Virus record (IMG/VR): IMGVR_UViG_3300046318_000520
Location: 1 to 64,000 of that record
Reading direction: 5' to 3' (one strand)
DNA from: a virus
Length of the DNA stretch: 64,000 nucleotides
Shown: positions 18,632-28,800 of the stretch, piece after piece
How positions within the stretch are numbered: position 1 is the stretch's first letter
Layout of the letters: every line of letters starts with the position of its first letter
The notes under the pieces: model-generated
Databases searched by the model: none
What the model was told of the DNA's origin: nothing
The model's input: only the letters and a program-made list of their open reading frames with translations
Translations under genes and position numbers: made by a program

Positions 18632-19219
18632 GTGGTAAAGAAATTCAATAAACCTGATCTTAATGCTCCCCGGTACAGACCCAAAAAACTGAATATCTGT
18701 AACCAGAACTTTTATGAAAAGTTCATACAGGATAACCCCAAGTATTCCGGCATAAGCGTTTCTCAGTTTAAAGATGTTATTAAAACTTTTAATGGTTTGA
18801 TTTGGCAGCAAGCTGTTGACTGCCGTGACGGAGTAGAACTTCCCGAACAGCTTGGTTATTTGTTCATAGGCACCTGCCAGCGCAGAAAGAAAATATCAGT
18901 AGACTATAAAAAAAGTGCTGATTGTGGTGTCAATGTCCAGAACCAAAACTGGGAAAGTGATAACTACATGGCCAAGATCTTCTACACCAACTTTGAAACC
19001 AGGTACAGGTTTAAGCACCATGACCTTTGGGGCTTTACAGCGGTAAGGGATTTTAAGAGAACAGTGGCAGCTACTTACCCCGTGCAATGGAAAATGTATG
19101 TAGTGGTGGACAGCTTTATGAAAATATCAAAACTGTTTAGACTCTATAAATATAAAGAATATAAGAAACAGGAAACAATAACTCTTCTTGAAACATATGA
19201 CGAGTTCAACTTAGATTAA
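18632..19219 (+). CDS. IHF/HU-like protein of crAss-like tail block
   Basis: HU-like pattern 'FKDVIKTFNGLIWQQAV...GVELPEQLGYLFI'. Its position before the ring and muzzle genes matches crAss-like synteny. Confidence 0.6.
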   Translation: MVKKFNKPDLNAPRYRPKKLNICNQNFYEKFIQDNPKYSGISVSQFKDVIKTFNGLIWQQAVDCRDGVELPEQLGYLFIGTCQRRKKISVDYKKSADCGVNVQNQNWESDNYMAKIFYTNFETRYRFKHHDLWGFTAVRDFKRTVAATYPVQWKMYVVVDSFMKISKLFRLYKYKEYKKQETITLLETYDEFNLD

Positions 19220-19220
19220 C

Positions 19221-19895
19221 ATGGCCAGACCTACTATTGGAAATATCATATCCCGTATCCGCAATCAGATCAAGGCCTCCAAGCAGGACTTCTTCCTGAC
19301 TGACAGGGTATTGTACAGCTTTATATTAAAGCATGCCCAGTGGCTGATGAAACGTGAGGACTCTAAAAGCAAGCTGCTGAGTTTTAACTCCGTTATCCAG
19401 ACATTGGAATTTGTTGAGTTGGTTGATGTTGACAAAGTGCTTGCCTGTTGCACCGGTATAAAGAGTGACATTCTTATTAAACGCACCAAGGAAAAGCTTC
19501 CCACATTTATGCAGGGATACTGGGGGCCGCTAATCAGAACCATTGCCTCTATAGACGGATCAGAAGAACTACAGCCTATTTTGCCCAGCACGTTTATAAA
19601 GATGGCCAATTCTAAAAACTTCAGGTTTAACAATACCCAGTACTACTGGTTCCTGGATGACTATATCTATTTTCCTAACCTGGACTGGGACGCCGTCAGA
19701 ATAGAAGGAATCTTCCAGGATGATATACAGTTATTTACCTGTAAGGAAGATGACTGCATTATACGTTCTGACCAGCCTTTGAATGTCCCTGATTATTTGT
19801 TTGGTGAACTGGAATCTGCTGTCATCAAAGACCTTGGTTCTATGGCTCAGTTTCCTACTGACCTACCTAATGACAAACAAAACGCACTTAGATAA
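19221..19895 (+). CDS. Tail ring protein (crAss-like neck/tail ring)
   Basis: N-terminal TIGNIISRIRN...LTDR helix, 'YYWFLDDYIYF' and a C-terminal D..ND tail. Supported by synteny. Confidence 0.65.
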   Translation: MARPTIGNIISRIRNQIKASKQDFFLTDRVLYSFILKHAQWLMKREDSKSKLLSFNSVIQTLEFVELVDVDKVLACCTGIKSDILIKRTKEKLPTFMQGYWGPLIRTIASIDGSEELQPILPSTFIKMANSKNFRFNNTQYYWFLDDYIYFPNLDWDAVRIEGIFQDDIQLFTCKEDDCIIRSDQPLNVPDYLFGELESAVIKDLGSMAQFPTDLPNDKQNALR

Positions 19896-20755
19896 TGAAG
19901 ACAGAGATTAAATACCGCACGTTTGATGAATTACTCAGTGAGGTGAGTGCTGACTTCTATATGTATAATAACGAAGGGATGATAGAACCCGGGGCTTTGA
20001 TTAAAATAGCTCAGCGGGTAAACTATGATCTTGGATTGCGTATACACGGAACTAAAGAAATACTACTTGATATTCAGAACCAGAAGATCAAACTTCCGGA
20101 TGATTTTTATGTACTAAACTTTTCTTACCTGTGTGGTCAGTATAAAGTTGTGGACAAAGCTCCAATGGGCAGGCACACAGAAAACGTCATACTGGATTCT
20201 GCGGCTTGTGGAACCTGCGGTAACCTTGATCCCCATTGCACCTGTGAGAAAACATATTCTGTAGAATGTCAGACCGGGGAAAAGATACATGTGCAAGTCG
20301 TAGAAAAAAGAATTAATGAGACTAGGGTGTATGATCACTTTGAAAAACTCATGATATCCGGAGTGAAGAACATGAGCCCGCATGACAAGAACCTGGCAGG
20401 CTATATCAAAAACGGATTTATATATACCAACCTGGAATCAGGAAAGGTGTTTATTAACTACCAGGGTGCCCTGGAAGATAACAACGGAAACCTCTTGGTG
20501 CTGGATCATCCACTCATCAATGAGTATTATGAATATGCCATCAAGCAGCGTATCCTGGAAAACCTTTTCATGAACGGTGAAGATGTTACCAACAAGATGC
20601 AGCTTATAGAACAGCGTCTACGCTCTGCCCGTAACAATGCCTTGAGTATAGTAAACACACCTGATTTTTCAGAGATGTACAAGGTATGGGAGATGAACAG
20701 AAAAGCCATGTATAATAAATACTATGACATGTTCAAAAGTTCTGAAGGCTGGTAA
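19895..20755 (+). CDS. Tail tubular/ring protein (P22 gp4-like, crAss Ttub)
   Basis: 'IKLPDDF', 'YIKNGFIYTNLESGKVFINY', 'DNNGNLLVLD...EYYEYAI' motifs. TAATG overlap with the previous gene, and located just before the muzzle. Confidence 0.7.
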   Translation: MKTEIKYRTFDELLSEVSADFYMYNNEGMIEPGALIKIAQRVNYDLGLRIHGTKEILLDIQNQKIKLPDDFYVLNFSYLCGQYKVVDKAPMGRHTENVILDSAACGTCGNLDPHCTCEKTYSVECQTGEKIHVQVVEKRINETRVYDHFEKLMISGVKNMSPHDKNLAGYIKNGFIYTNLESGKVFINYQGALEDNNGNLLVLDHPLINEYYEYAIKQRILENLFMNGEDVTNKMQLIEQRLRSARNNALSIVNTPDFSEMYKVWEMNRKAMYNKYYDMFKSSEGW

Positions 20756-20758
20756 ACT

Positions 20759-21118
20759 ATGAAACTATTTTCAACAGTAAAACTTTCTACTTACAGTTGC
20801 CAGTTTACAATCATGGTAACCGATGAACTAATTCAACAAGTTAATGCTGTTTATAAAAAACACAAACTTAATGCTGAGTTTGATATACCGGCAGAAGGTG
20901 TGATGGTTTCACCTACTATGAGTCACTACTATATAATCATAGACGAGGACTGTCTCTCTCACAATACAATAGCCCATGAAGCTTTTCACACAGTGAACAG
21001 GATTATGACAGACCGGGACATACATGATGAGGAATCAGGAGCGTGGTTATCCGGACATATTGCAAGTGTTATTTACAAGTTTTTAGACAAGAAGAAGTTA
21101 CAAATAAAACATGGCTGA
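20759..21118 (+). CDS. Small zincin-like metalloprotein
   Basis: TIAHEAFH (HExxH, 20975-20989) followed by DEESGAW, which supplies a third-ligand Glu. Confidence 0.7.
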   Translation: MKLFSTVKLSTYSCQFTIMVTDELIQQVNAVYKKHKLNAEFDIPAEGVMVSPTMSHYYIIIDEDCLSHNTIAHEAFHTVNRIMTDRDIHDEESGAWLSGHIASVIYKFLDKKKLQIKHG

Positions 21119-24100
21119 GCAATCACAAAATCCAGGGACGGTGACCAACACCTTTACTAAGGGTATGGTCAAAGACTTAAATGAAACTTTCCAACCGGAA
21201 GGGATGTGGACTCATGCCCGCAATGCCGTAAATAATTCTCATGAAGGGCAGATGGGTGTAATTGGTAATGAACCTGCCAATCTTAAGTGCGTACAACTTC
21301 CCTATACATTAATAGGCGTTATTAGTTTGAGAGAAGGAGAGTGGGCTATTTTTACCACTGATGATATTAACTCTGAGATAGGAATTTTTAATGAACTTAA
21401 GTGCACTTATACCAAGGTTGTCAATGATGCATGTCTTTCTTTTAAAAAGTCCTACCTGATTACAGGTGTTTCCCGTAATAGGTTTGACTGTGAAACAGTG
21501 CTCTATTGGGATGACGGGCTTAACCCAAGCAGGTATATGGATGTTCATAAACCTCCATTCAAATATACAGATAAGATAGTAGACGGTTGTATTAACCGCA
21601 CCTATAGCACTCAGCTTGATTGTGAGAAAATCAGGCTGGCTCCGTTGCTCAGTCACCCGTGCCTGGAGCTTTCTAAAGGTAAAGGAGCCGGTACACTGGC
21701 TAATGGATCCTACCAGGTATGCATGGCCTACACTATTAATCAAAACCGTATATCTGATTATATTGGGCTTTCCAATATACAGTCTATATTCTCACATCAG
21801 AATCTTGGGGGTGCCCTGGAAATAAAAGTTCAGAGTGTAGATGTTGACTTTGACGAGTTTGAATTGATAATTATTTCTACTGTTAATGCACAGACCGTTG
21901 CTAAAAGACTGGGTTATTATAATACCATCCAGGGAACCATATACATTGACACCATTTCTCCGGAGCTTATAACCGTTCCGCTAAGCCTTGTTTCTTTAAG
22001 GACAGAGCCTGTAGAAAAAAGTGATGCCATGTACCAGGTAAATAACTACCTGCTAAGACTGGGTACTTATTCTAATTTTCAATTTAACTACCAGAAGCAG
22101 GCTAACAGTATCCGTACCAAATGGCAGGCTGTACAGTATCCTGCTAACTTTTATTACAAAGGCGGTAATAATGCATCCTATCTTAGGGATGAGCAATATT
22201 CCTTTTTTATTCGTTGGATATATAATACAGGCAGCCGTTCTGCAAGTTTTCATATTCCTGGACGTAGTTCTTTTCCTGATGAACTTACACCAGTTATAGG
22301 TGGAGATGCTTTTGAGACATCTGATCCGGAGTCTGCTGAACAGAAAAAACTTTGGCAGGTACAAAATACAGCAACCATTGATAGCCTTGCTTCCAAAGTT
22401 TTAAAAGACGGTGGCGTTGTAATAGCATCAGGTAAGATGGCTTATTGGGAAAGTACGGAACGTTATCCTGCAGACCGTCCTGATATATGGGGTGATCTGT
22501 GCGGTAAACCTATCCGTCATCATAAGTTTCCTGATGAAACCAAAGATGAAATTCTTAATCACTATAATACAGATGGTCAGAATATTGTTTTGATGGGTGT
22601 AAGTTTTGAAAACATCACACATCCTTTGGACAATACAGGCAAACCGATTACTTCTATTGTTGGTTATGAAATACTCAGAGGATCCAGGGAAGGTAACAAG
22701 TCTATCATAGCTAAAGGTCTCATGAACAACATGAGAGAGTATAACATTCCGGGAAACACAACTGTTGAAGGCCTCTATCAGAACTATCCTTATAACGATC
22801 TTAATGCTGATTACTATCTTACATCAGATCAGTCTATACTAGATGTCAAACTTAAAAACATAACGGATCCTGAAAATCCTGATTTTAATATTGATGACAC
22901 GGATGATGATGGTAATGTTGACGGAGAAACCAGAAAACAGGCTAAGGCCAGGCTGAAAGCACAAAGAAACAAACTTAAAGAAGGTGACAGTTCACCTGGT
23001 GATGTAAACCTTTCTTTTCCTTTATCCAAATACCGTAAAGATTATTTCTCATTTCATAGTCCTGATACCACATTTACACAACCCTTTCTTGGTATCAACG
23101 AGGTAAAAATTTACCAGGAAGTATACGGTGAATCTGTTGGTAAGTTTGTCACTCCATACAAGCATCCTAAGTTTAAGACCGTAACAAACTTTGCAGCTAT
23201 ATTTAGCAGTGTAATATCTACCATTGCTGCTATTGGAAACACTATAAGCATTCTTGCCCAGGATAGCAACATCACTTTACAAGGAACAGATAAGCTACCG
23301 TTTACCAAGAAGCTTACCTTGACTAAGGTGCCTAACCACAGTGTGGCAGCAAGTGCTTTTGGTACAGGAGTGACTGTACCTAATCCTGCTATTGTGGCAA
23401 TAAATACCGTGATAGGTGTTTACAATGGTGTTGCAGCAGTTGCCATGACCTTTATAGAATCTCAGGCAATAGGTGAACAGCTTATGAATATTATTTACGG
23501 TATGATTCCCAGGCGTCAGAATGCTTTGCAATATGACAGCTATGGATTTTATAATCAAAGCCGTATTAATAACCTGGACAACCGCAGATTTAAAATAGAT
23601 AACGCTTTATATGTAGGGCCTAATCAGCATTCTTTTGATACCAAGTATGTTATTAATAACTTATTTCGTTCAAACTTTGTTGCCTTAAAACTAGGTAGTG
23701 ATGTGACAGATCCTGTAAACCCGGACAATAGCCGTTTTAGAATCGGTGAAAAGGGCGGGGCCTTAAATACACCATACAAAAGTAAAATCTCAGGATACTA
23801 TGGTTCACTAAAAGTGAGTATACCATCCCAGTATGGTCAGCTGGAAAGCATAAAGCAGGTTCCTATTTCTGATTGCATTCATCCTGCAACTAATCCTGAC
23901 ACTAAATATTCAACAGAAATACTCTTTGGTGGTGACACTTATATTAACCGCTTTACAGAAAAGAACTCTTTCTTTTTCTTTAATTCCTGGCTGATGGGTG
24001 AACCGGATGAAGCAGAGACAGACTACAGGGATTATGTAAATGTAGCCTATCCTCGTTTCTGGATAGATTCCAACCGTCAGAGCTTTAAATTATTTACCAA

Positions 24101-25817
24101 CGCTTCTAACTTTCGTCACCTGGATGAACGTGAAAGCTCTGTGTTTTTTGTAAGCAAGGGATATTTTTATCTGTTTAACAGTGGTGTGCGTGACTTCTTT
24201 GTAGAGAGTGAGATCAACCTGGCCCAGCGTGACTGGGAAGAGGACATAAGTAAAAGACACTATGATCCAAATAACTTTGTTGATTATGAGAGCATGTTCC
24301 GCTCCGATATAATCCGCAGTGGAAACTATTATAAGTACGACTATTCACTGAGTGCATCCAGGCTTTTTAATAACTTTTCTTCATGGGGAACAATGCTTCC
24401 CAGGGATTATGATCCTAAGATTGCAGATACCTGTTATATATACAAGCCTAATAATGTTGTCTATTCTCTGCCCCAGGAACTGGAGCTTAAGAAAGATAAC
24501 TGGAGAATATTCTTAGCCAATAACTATAAAGACTTTGTAAGCCGTGTTACGTCCATTAAGTCTGTAAACAAAACAGGTGCTTTGTTTATGATGAAAAGCA
24601 AAAGTCCATTCCAGTTTATGGGTGTGGACCAGCTGCAGACTGATGCCGGTACAAAGATAACTATTGGGGACGGTGGGCTTTTTAATCAGCCGTTGCAAAG
24701 TATAGTGAATGCAGACGATAGTTTTGAGTATGCTTCATGTCAGAACAGATATGCTGTACTTGGAACAACCTATGGTGTGTTCTGGGTTAGCCAGAACCAG
24801 GGTAAGGTTTTTAACTATGCCGGCCAGATAAATGAAATCTCCAAGGACGGTATGAAATGGTGGTTTGCCAACTACCTGCCTAGTGAACTTTTAAAAGTGT
24901 ATCCTGACTATCCCTTGTATGATAATCCTGTAAAGGGTGTGGGTGTGCAGATGATCTATGATAACACAAATGAAATTATATACATATCAAAAAAGGATTA
25001 TAAACCTATCTTCAAAGATCTATTGTACGATGACGGAGGTTTCTACAAATACGTCAATGCAGTCAAAACCTATTTTGACTTTAACAGTGCAGCTTTTGAA
25101 AACGCTTCTTGGACTATAAGCTACGACCCTAAGATTAAAAGCTGGATATCTTTCCATGACTGGAAACCCACCTTTGTTATTCCCGGCAAGAATCACTTTA
25201 TGTCTGTTAATACGGACAGTATTTGGAAACACAATGAACGCTGTGATCTGTTCTGTAACTATTATGACAAGAGTTATCCCTTTGATATAGAGTTTGTATC
25301 AGCCACAGGTCAGTCAGTGAATTCAGTGAGAAACATTGAGTACTTGCTGGAGACATACAAATATCATAATAACTGCAGGGATAAGTTCCATGTGCTGGAT
25401 GCTAACTTTGATCAGGCACTCATCTACAACTCAGAGCAGATTTCAGGTATACTGGAGCTGGAGCTTAAGAGTAAAACCAATCCTGTAGCATTGCTTGCCT
25501 ATCCTCAGGTCAGGACACAGTCTATTGGAATTAATTTCTCTAAAGAGGAAAACAAATACCGGTTCAACCAGTTCTGGGATATTACTAAAAACAGGGGAGA
25601 GTTTGACGCATCTGTAAACATTCCGATGTTTAATACATCTGCCAATGGGTATGAGTACCAGATCAACCCACAGTATGTTAACTATAATAAAATCAGTCTT
25701 GAGCGTAAGAAGTTCCGCCATCATATAAACAAAGTCTTTTTGCGTAAGTATAGTTCAGGCAACCTAAAGTTTTTGTTTAAAATTTCTAACCAGAAGATCC
25801 TAACATCACCCAGATAA
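21111..25817 (+). CDS. Tail muzzle/stabilisation protein (P22 gp10-like, crAss Tstab)
   Basis: 1568 aa. N-terminal NTFTKGMVKD...ARNA, WDDGLNPSRY, FGGDTYINRF and WTISYD...WISFHDW beta-propeller motifs. It follows the ring genes. Confidence 0.85.
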   Translation: MAEQSQNPGTVTNTFTKGMVKDLNETFQPEGMWTHARNAVNNSHEGQMGVIGNEPANLKCVQLPYTLIGVISLREGEWAIFTTDDINSEIGIFNELKCTYTKVVNDACLSFKKSYLITGVSRNRFDCETVLYWDDGLNPSRYMDVHKPPFKYTDKIVDGCINRTYSTQLDCEKIRLAPLLSHPCLELSKGKGAGTLANGSYQVCMAYTINQNRISDYIGLSNIQSIFSHQNLGGALEIKVQSVDVDFDEFELIIISTVNAQTVAKRLGYYNTIQGTIYIDTISPELITVPLSLVSLRTEPVEKSDAMYQVNNYLLRLGTYSNFQFNYQKQANSIRTKWQAVQYPANFYYKGGNNASYLRDEQYSFFIRWIYNTGSRSASFHIPGRSSFPDELTPVIGGDAFETSDPESAEQKKLWQVQNTATIDSLASKVLKDGGVVIASGKMAYWESTERYPADRPDIWGDLCGKPIRHHKFPDETKDEILNHYNTDGQNIVLMGVSFENITHPLDNTGKPITSIVGYEILRGSREGNKSIIAKGLMNNMREYNIPGNTTVEGLYQNYPYNDLNADYYLTSDQSILDVKLKNITDPENPDFNIDDTDDDGNVDGETRKQAKARLKAQRNKLKEGDSSPGDVNLSFPLSKYRKDYFSFHSPDTTFTQPFLGINEVKIYQEVYGESVGKFVTPYKHPKFKTVTNFAAIFSSVISTIAAIGNTISILAQDSNITLQGTDKLPFTKKLTLTKVPNHSVAASAFGTGVTVPNPAIVAINTVIGVYNGVAAVAMTFIESQAIGEQLMNIIYGMIPRRQNALQYDSYGFYNQSRINNLDNRRFKIDNALYVGPNQHSFDTKYVINNLFRSNFVALKLGSDVTDPVNPDNSRFRIGEKGGALNTPYKSKISGYYGSLKVSIPSQYGQLESIKQVPISDCIHPATNPDTKYSTEILFGGDTYINRFTEKNSFFFFNSWLMGEPDEAETDYRDYVNVAYPRFWIDSNRQSFKLFTNASNFRHLDERESSVFFVSKGYFYLFNSGVRDFFVESEINLAQRDWEEDISKRHYDPNNFVDYESMFRSDIIRSGNYYKYDYSLSASRLFNNFSSWGTMLPRDYDPKIADTCYIYKPNNVVYSLPQELELKKDNWRIFLANNYKDFVSRVTSIKSVNKTGALFMMKSKSPFQFMGVDQLQTDAGTKITIGDGGLFNQPLQSIVNADDSFEYASCQNRYAVLGTTYGVFWVSQNQGKVFNYAGQINEISKDGMKWWFANYLPSELLKVYPDYPLYDNPVKGVGVQMIYDNTNEIIYISKKDYKPIFKDLLYDDGGFYKYVNAVKTYFDFNSAAFENASWTISYDPKIKSWISFHDWKPTFVIPGKNHFMSVNTDSIWKHNERCDLFCNYYDKSYPFDIEFVSATGQSVNSVRNIEYLLETYKYHNNCRDKFHVLDANFDQALIYNSEQISGILELELKSKTNPVALLAYPQVRTQSIGINFSKEENKYRFNQFWDITKNRGEFDASVNIPMFNTSANGYEYQINPQYVNYNKISLERKKFRHHINKVFLRKYSSGNLKFLFKISNQKILTSPR

Positions 25818-28800
25818 TGAACAAGCTTTTACAACACCTTATTGATTCAGGAGATGTATCTCATAAAGTCTTGCCTTCACTTATGAAGTTCCAGATGAAA
25901 GGAGAGGTACCTGCTAGTTTAAAACCCATACCCAGGTCTGTTGGAGATATTGCCGGAATGAAAAAACCGGTTATACAGATGACAGCTGAAGAAGCTAAAA
26001 AGCGTCAGCTTCAAATGATGGCTCAACAAGCATTAGCTAATCAGGCAACAGTAACATCACCATTAATGACATCTATCCCAATGGATAGAAATGCTATCAT
26101 AGAAAGAAACAGACAGCATGCTGCAGCAACTGGTAAAAGGTTTAATCCTAACACAGGAGCAGTGACTCAGTTGTTATCTGATAACACAGATAGAACAATG
26201 AGACGTGCACAAGAAAACATAGTAGATCCTATGTTAGAATTAGAGATGGCTTTATCTGGTGCAAAGTTTGTTGGTCAAGGTTTAAAAGCTGCCGGTAAAT
26301 TTGCCCTAAATAAAAGTGCTAATAAAGTTTCTGGAATATCAAATAGTGTTCCTGCAAATAGTGCAAACAGAGTTAACTGGGAGTTAAGTGTACCTGATGC
26401 TCCAACAGCCATTAAAATTAGAGAGGGAGTAGGTAATGCTAATGCAACAATTCAGAATGAAGGTTCAGGTATATATAGTGAATTGTCTAGTCCTGAAGGA
26501 ATGAGAAGACTAAAAGAACAGTTTAGAAAAGTTGATCCTAATTATACAGAACAGCAACTTCAATGGTTAGTATCTAGCAGGCTTGGTGAGGTACATGATG
26601 CAATTAGGTTAAATAAAAACAGATATTTTTTAGAACACGGTGAAGGAGCTGCTGGTTCACGTACAGAAAATATGTTAAGGGACTTTTATCCTTTTCAGAA
26701 TGCTCATTTTAGTAGTTACAATCCTTATCCTGTTCAAACCATGGATGCACCACTATCGTTGTTTCCTAATAAACCAGTAAGTCAATTAAATACATCTGGG
26801 CAATATAAACAATTTAATCTGTTTAAAACTAATGGTAGAGAGGTTTTTGTTGATCCACAAAATAAAGCAGGAACAATTGCACTAGGTGAGGGTTTAGAAA
26901 ATAACCTTAGAGTGTTAGACCATGAAATAGGACACGGCATACAGAAAGGAGGCAGTATGCCTATTGATGAAGAGTTGTTACAGTTACTAAAACCTAAGTC
27001 TGCTGCGGATCGTATCTGGAATAAAAAGTTACCTAAACAGTCTATAGGTGATTTAGATTACTTTACAAATTCTGGTGGTAGAACAATTAAGAATGAGCCT
27101 TACGCTTTTATGTCAGAACAAAGAAGGCGTATGATGGAAGATGGTGTGTTAGCTCACAGATATGATAAAGTAACACCACTAAAACTTTTAAAAGCCAGGT
27201 TCAATGCTTCATATCTTCCTGACAGAAACTTTTTAGAAGGAACCAGATTGATTAGATTTACCCCACCATGGAAATATGGAAAGCTTGCTAAAATAATGAA
27301 TACAGCCCCAGCTGCTGTACCTGCTATGGGAGCTGCTACTTATCTTGGAACACAAGGTAATGATCAAGAAATAAAACAAGAAGGTGGTCAGTATAAGGGA
27401 CCAAGTATAGTAGACTTTCTAGCTACCAAAGGTTACTCTGGAAAAAAATCTTTTAGAAAAGAACTTGCTGAAAAATATGGAGTGGAAGGTTATAATTTTT
27501 CTGCTAAAAAGAATACAGAGCTAATGAATAGAATACAGGAGAATGATGATCTCCTGGAAACCTATAAACAAACTATGCAACCCATTCCTGTTCAACGTAT
27601 GATGGAAATGGAAAGGCAGCAAGAGTTAAGACGCAGTGCACCTCAAAATACCAATCCTGTAGTACAAGCTAGGGATATTCCACAAGTTGAAAATAATGTG
27701 CCACAGAATCGTGGTGAAATTAAACGTAATCAACAAGTATTTCCAGTACCTAGCAACAATCAGGAGCTACAAATGTATCAGCCTCCAAGATGGAATACAA
27801 CACCTCAACCAAGTACTACTGCATCAACACCTGGTATAAATCCTAACACTGTTTGGAATACTTCAGGTAGAAATCCTAGAGTGGTTAGACCACAAAGCAG
27901 CAGTCCTCTTCCTGGTATTGATCCAAATATGATTTGGAATACAACTGGCAGAAGTCCTAGAGTTATTACAGAACAACAAGGTAATTCATCTTTACCCAAT
28001 ATTGATCCTAATGTTATATGGAATAGATCAGGTGTTAGTCCTAGAGTTGTAAATACACAACCGAATCCTAACTTACCAACTAAAAGCCAAGATTGGGGAT
28101 ATGATAAAGTTCCTAATGCAGAATCATTTTTTCCTTTTGAAACATTTCCTGGATATCCTGATCAACCAGCTAAAGCTCCGGTTGCTCAACCAGCTGCAGC
28201 TCCTGACTGGCGGTATGTACAACCAGGAAAAGCACTTCCTCAAGATCCTTTTCAGCAGTTTCCTGCTTATCCTGAATCTAAAGTAAAACAGTTACCTAAG
28301 AAAAATACAGCACAAGCCGCTGCTATTAATAGGACAAGTCCTGTTAACTATTCTATGGTATCAGATCCTTCTGCATTTAATGATTTGGTTAGTCTTACTG
28401 CCAACTATGCAAAGAGGCAGTATTACAAAATGTTTGGAGATGATGATAGCCAGGTAAGTGTACTTAACCAACCTGTTGTAAATACACCTAAAAAACTTCC
28501 AGGTAACAAACCTAGTCAAGTTGTTATACCGCCTCAAGAACTTCCTCCTGCTATCATTAAAGGAAACAACCTATGGGATGAAGGTAACAGGGTATATCAT
28601 GCTCCGGAAATTATTGATCTAAACCGTACTAAATGGGGACATAGAAATAGGGGAGACAGGACCGAGGTAAATTCTGCAGGTTACGAGTTTGGTGTCATTG
28701 ACGATCCTAAGAATCCAAATAGAATTAAAAGTACTAAAAGCATAAATCTTGATGATTCCGCTACATATGTCGGTATTGACAAGGAAGGTAAGATGAAAGT

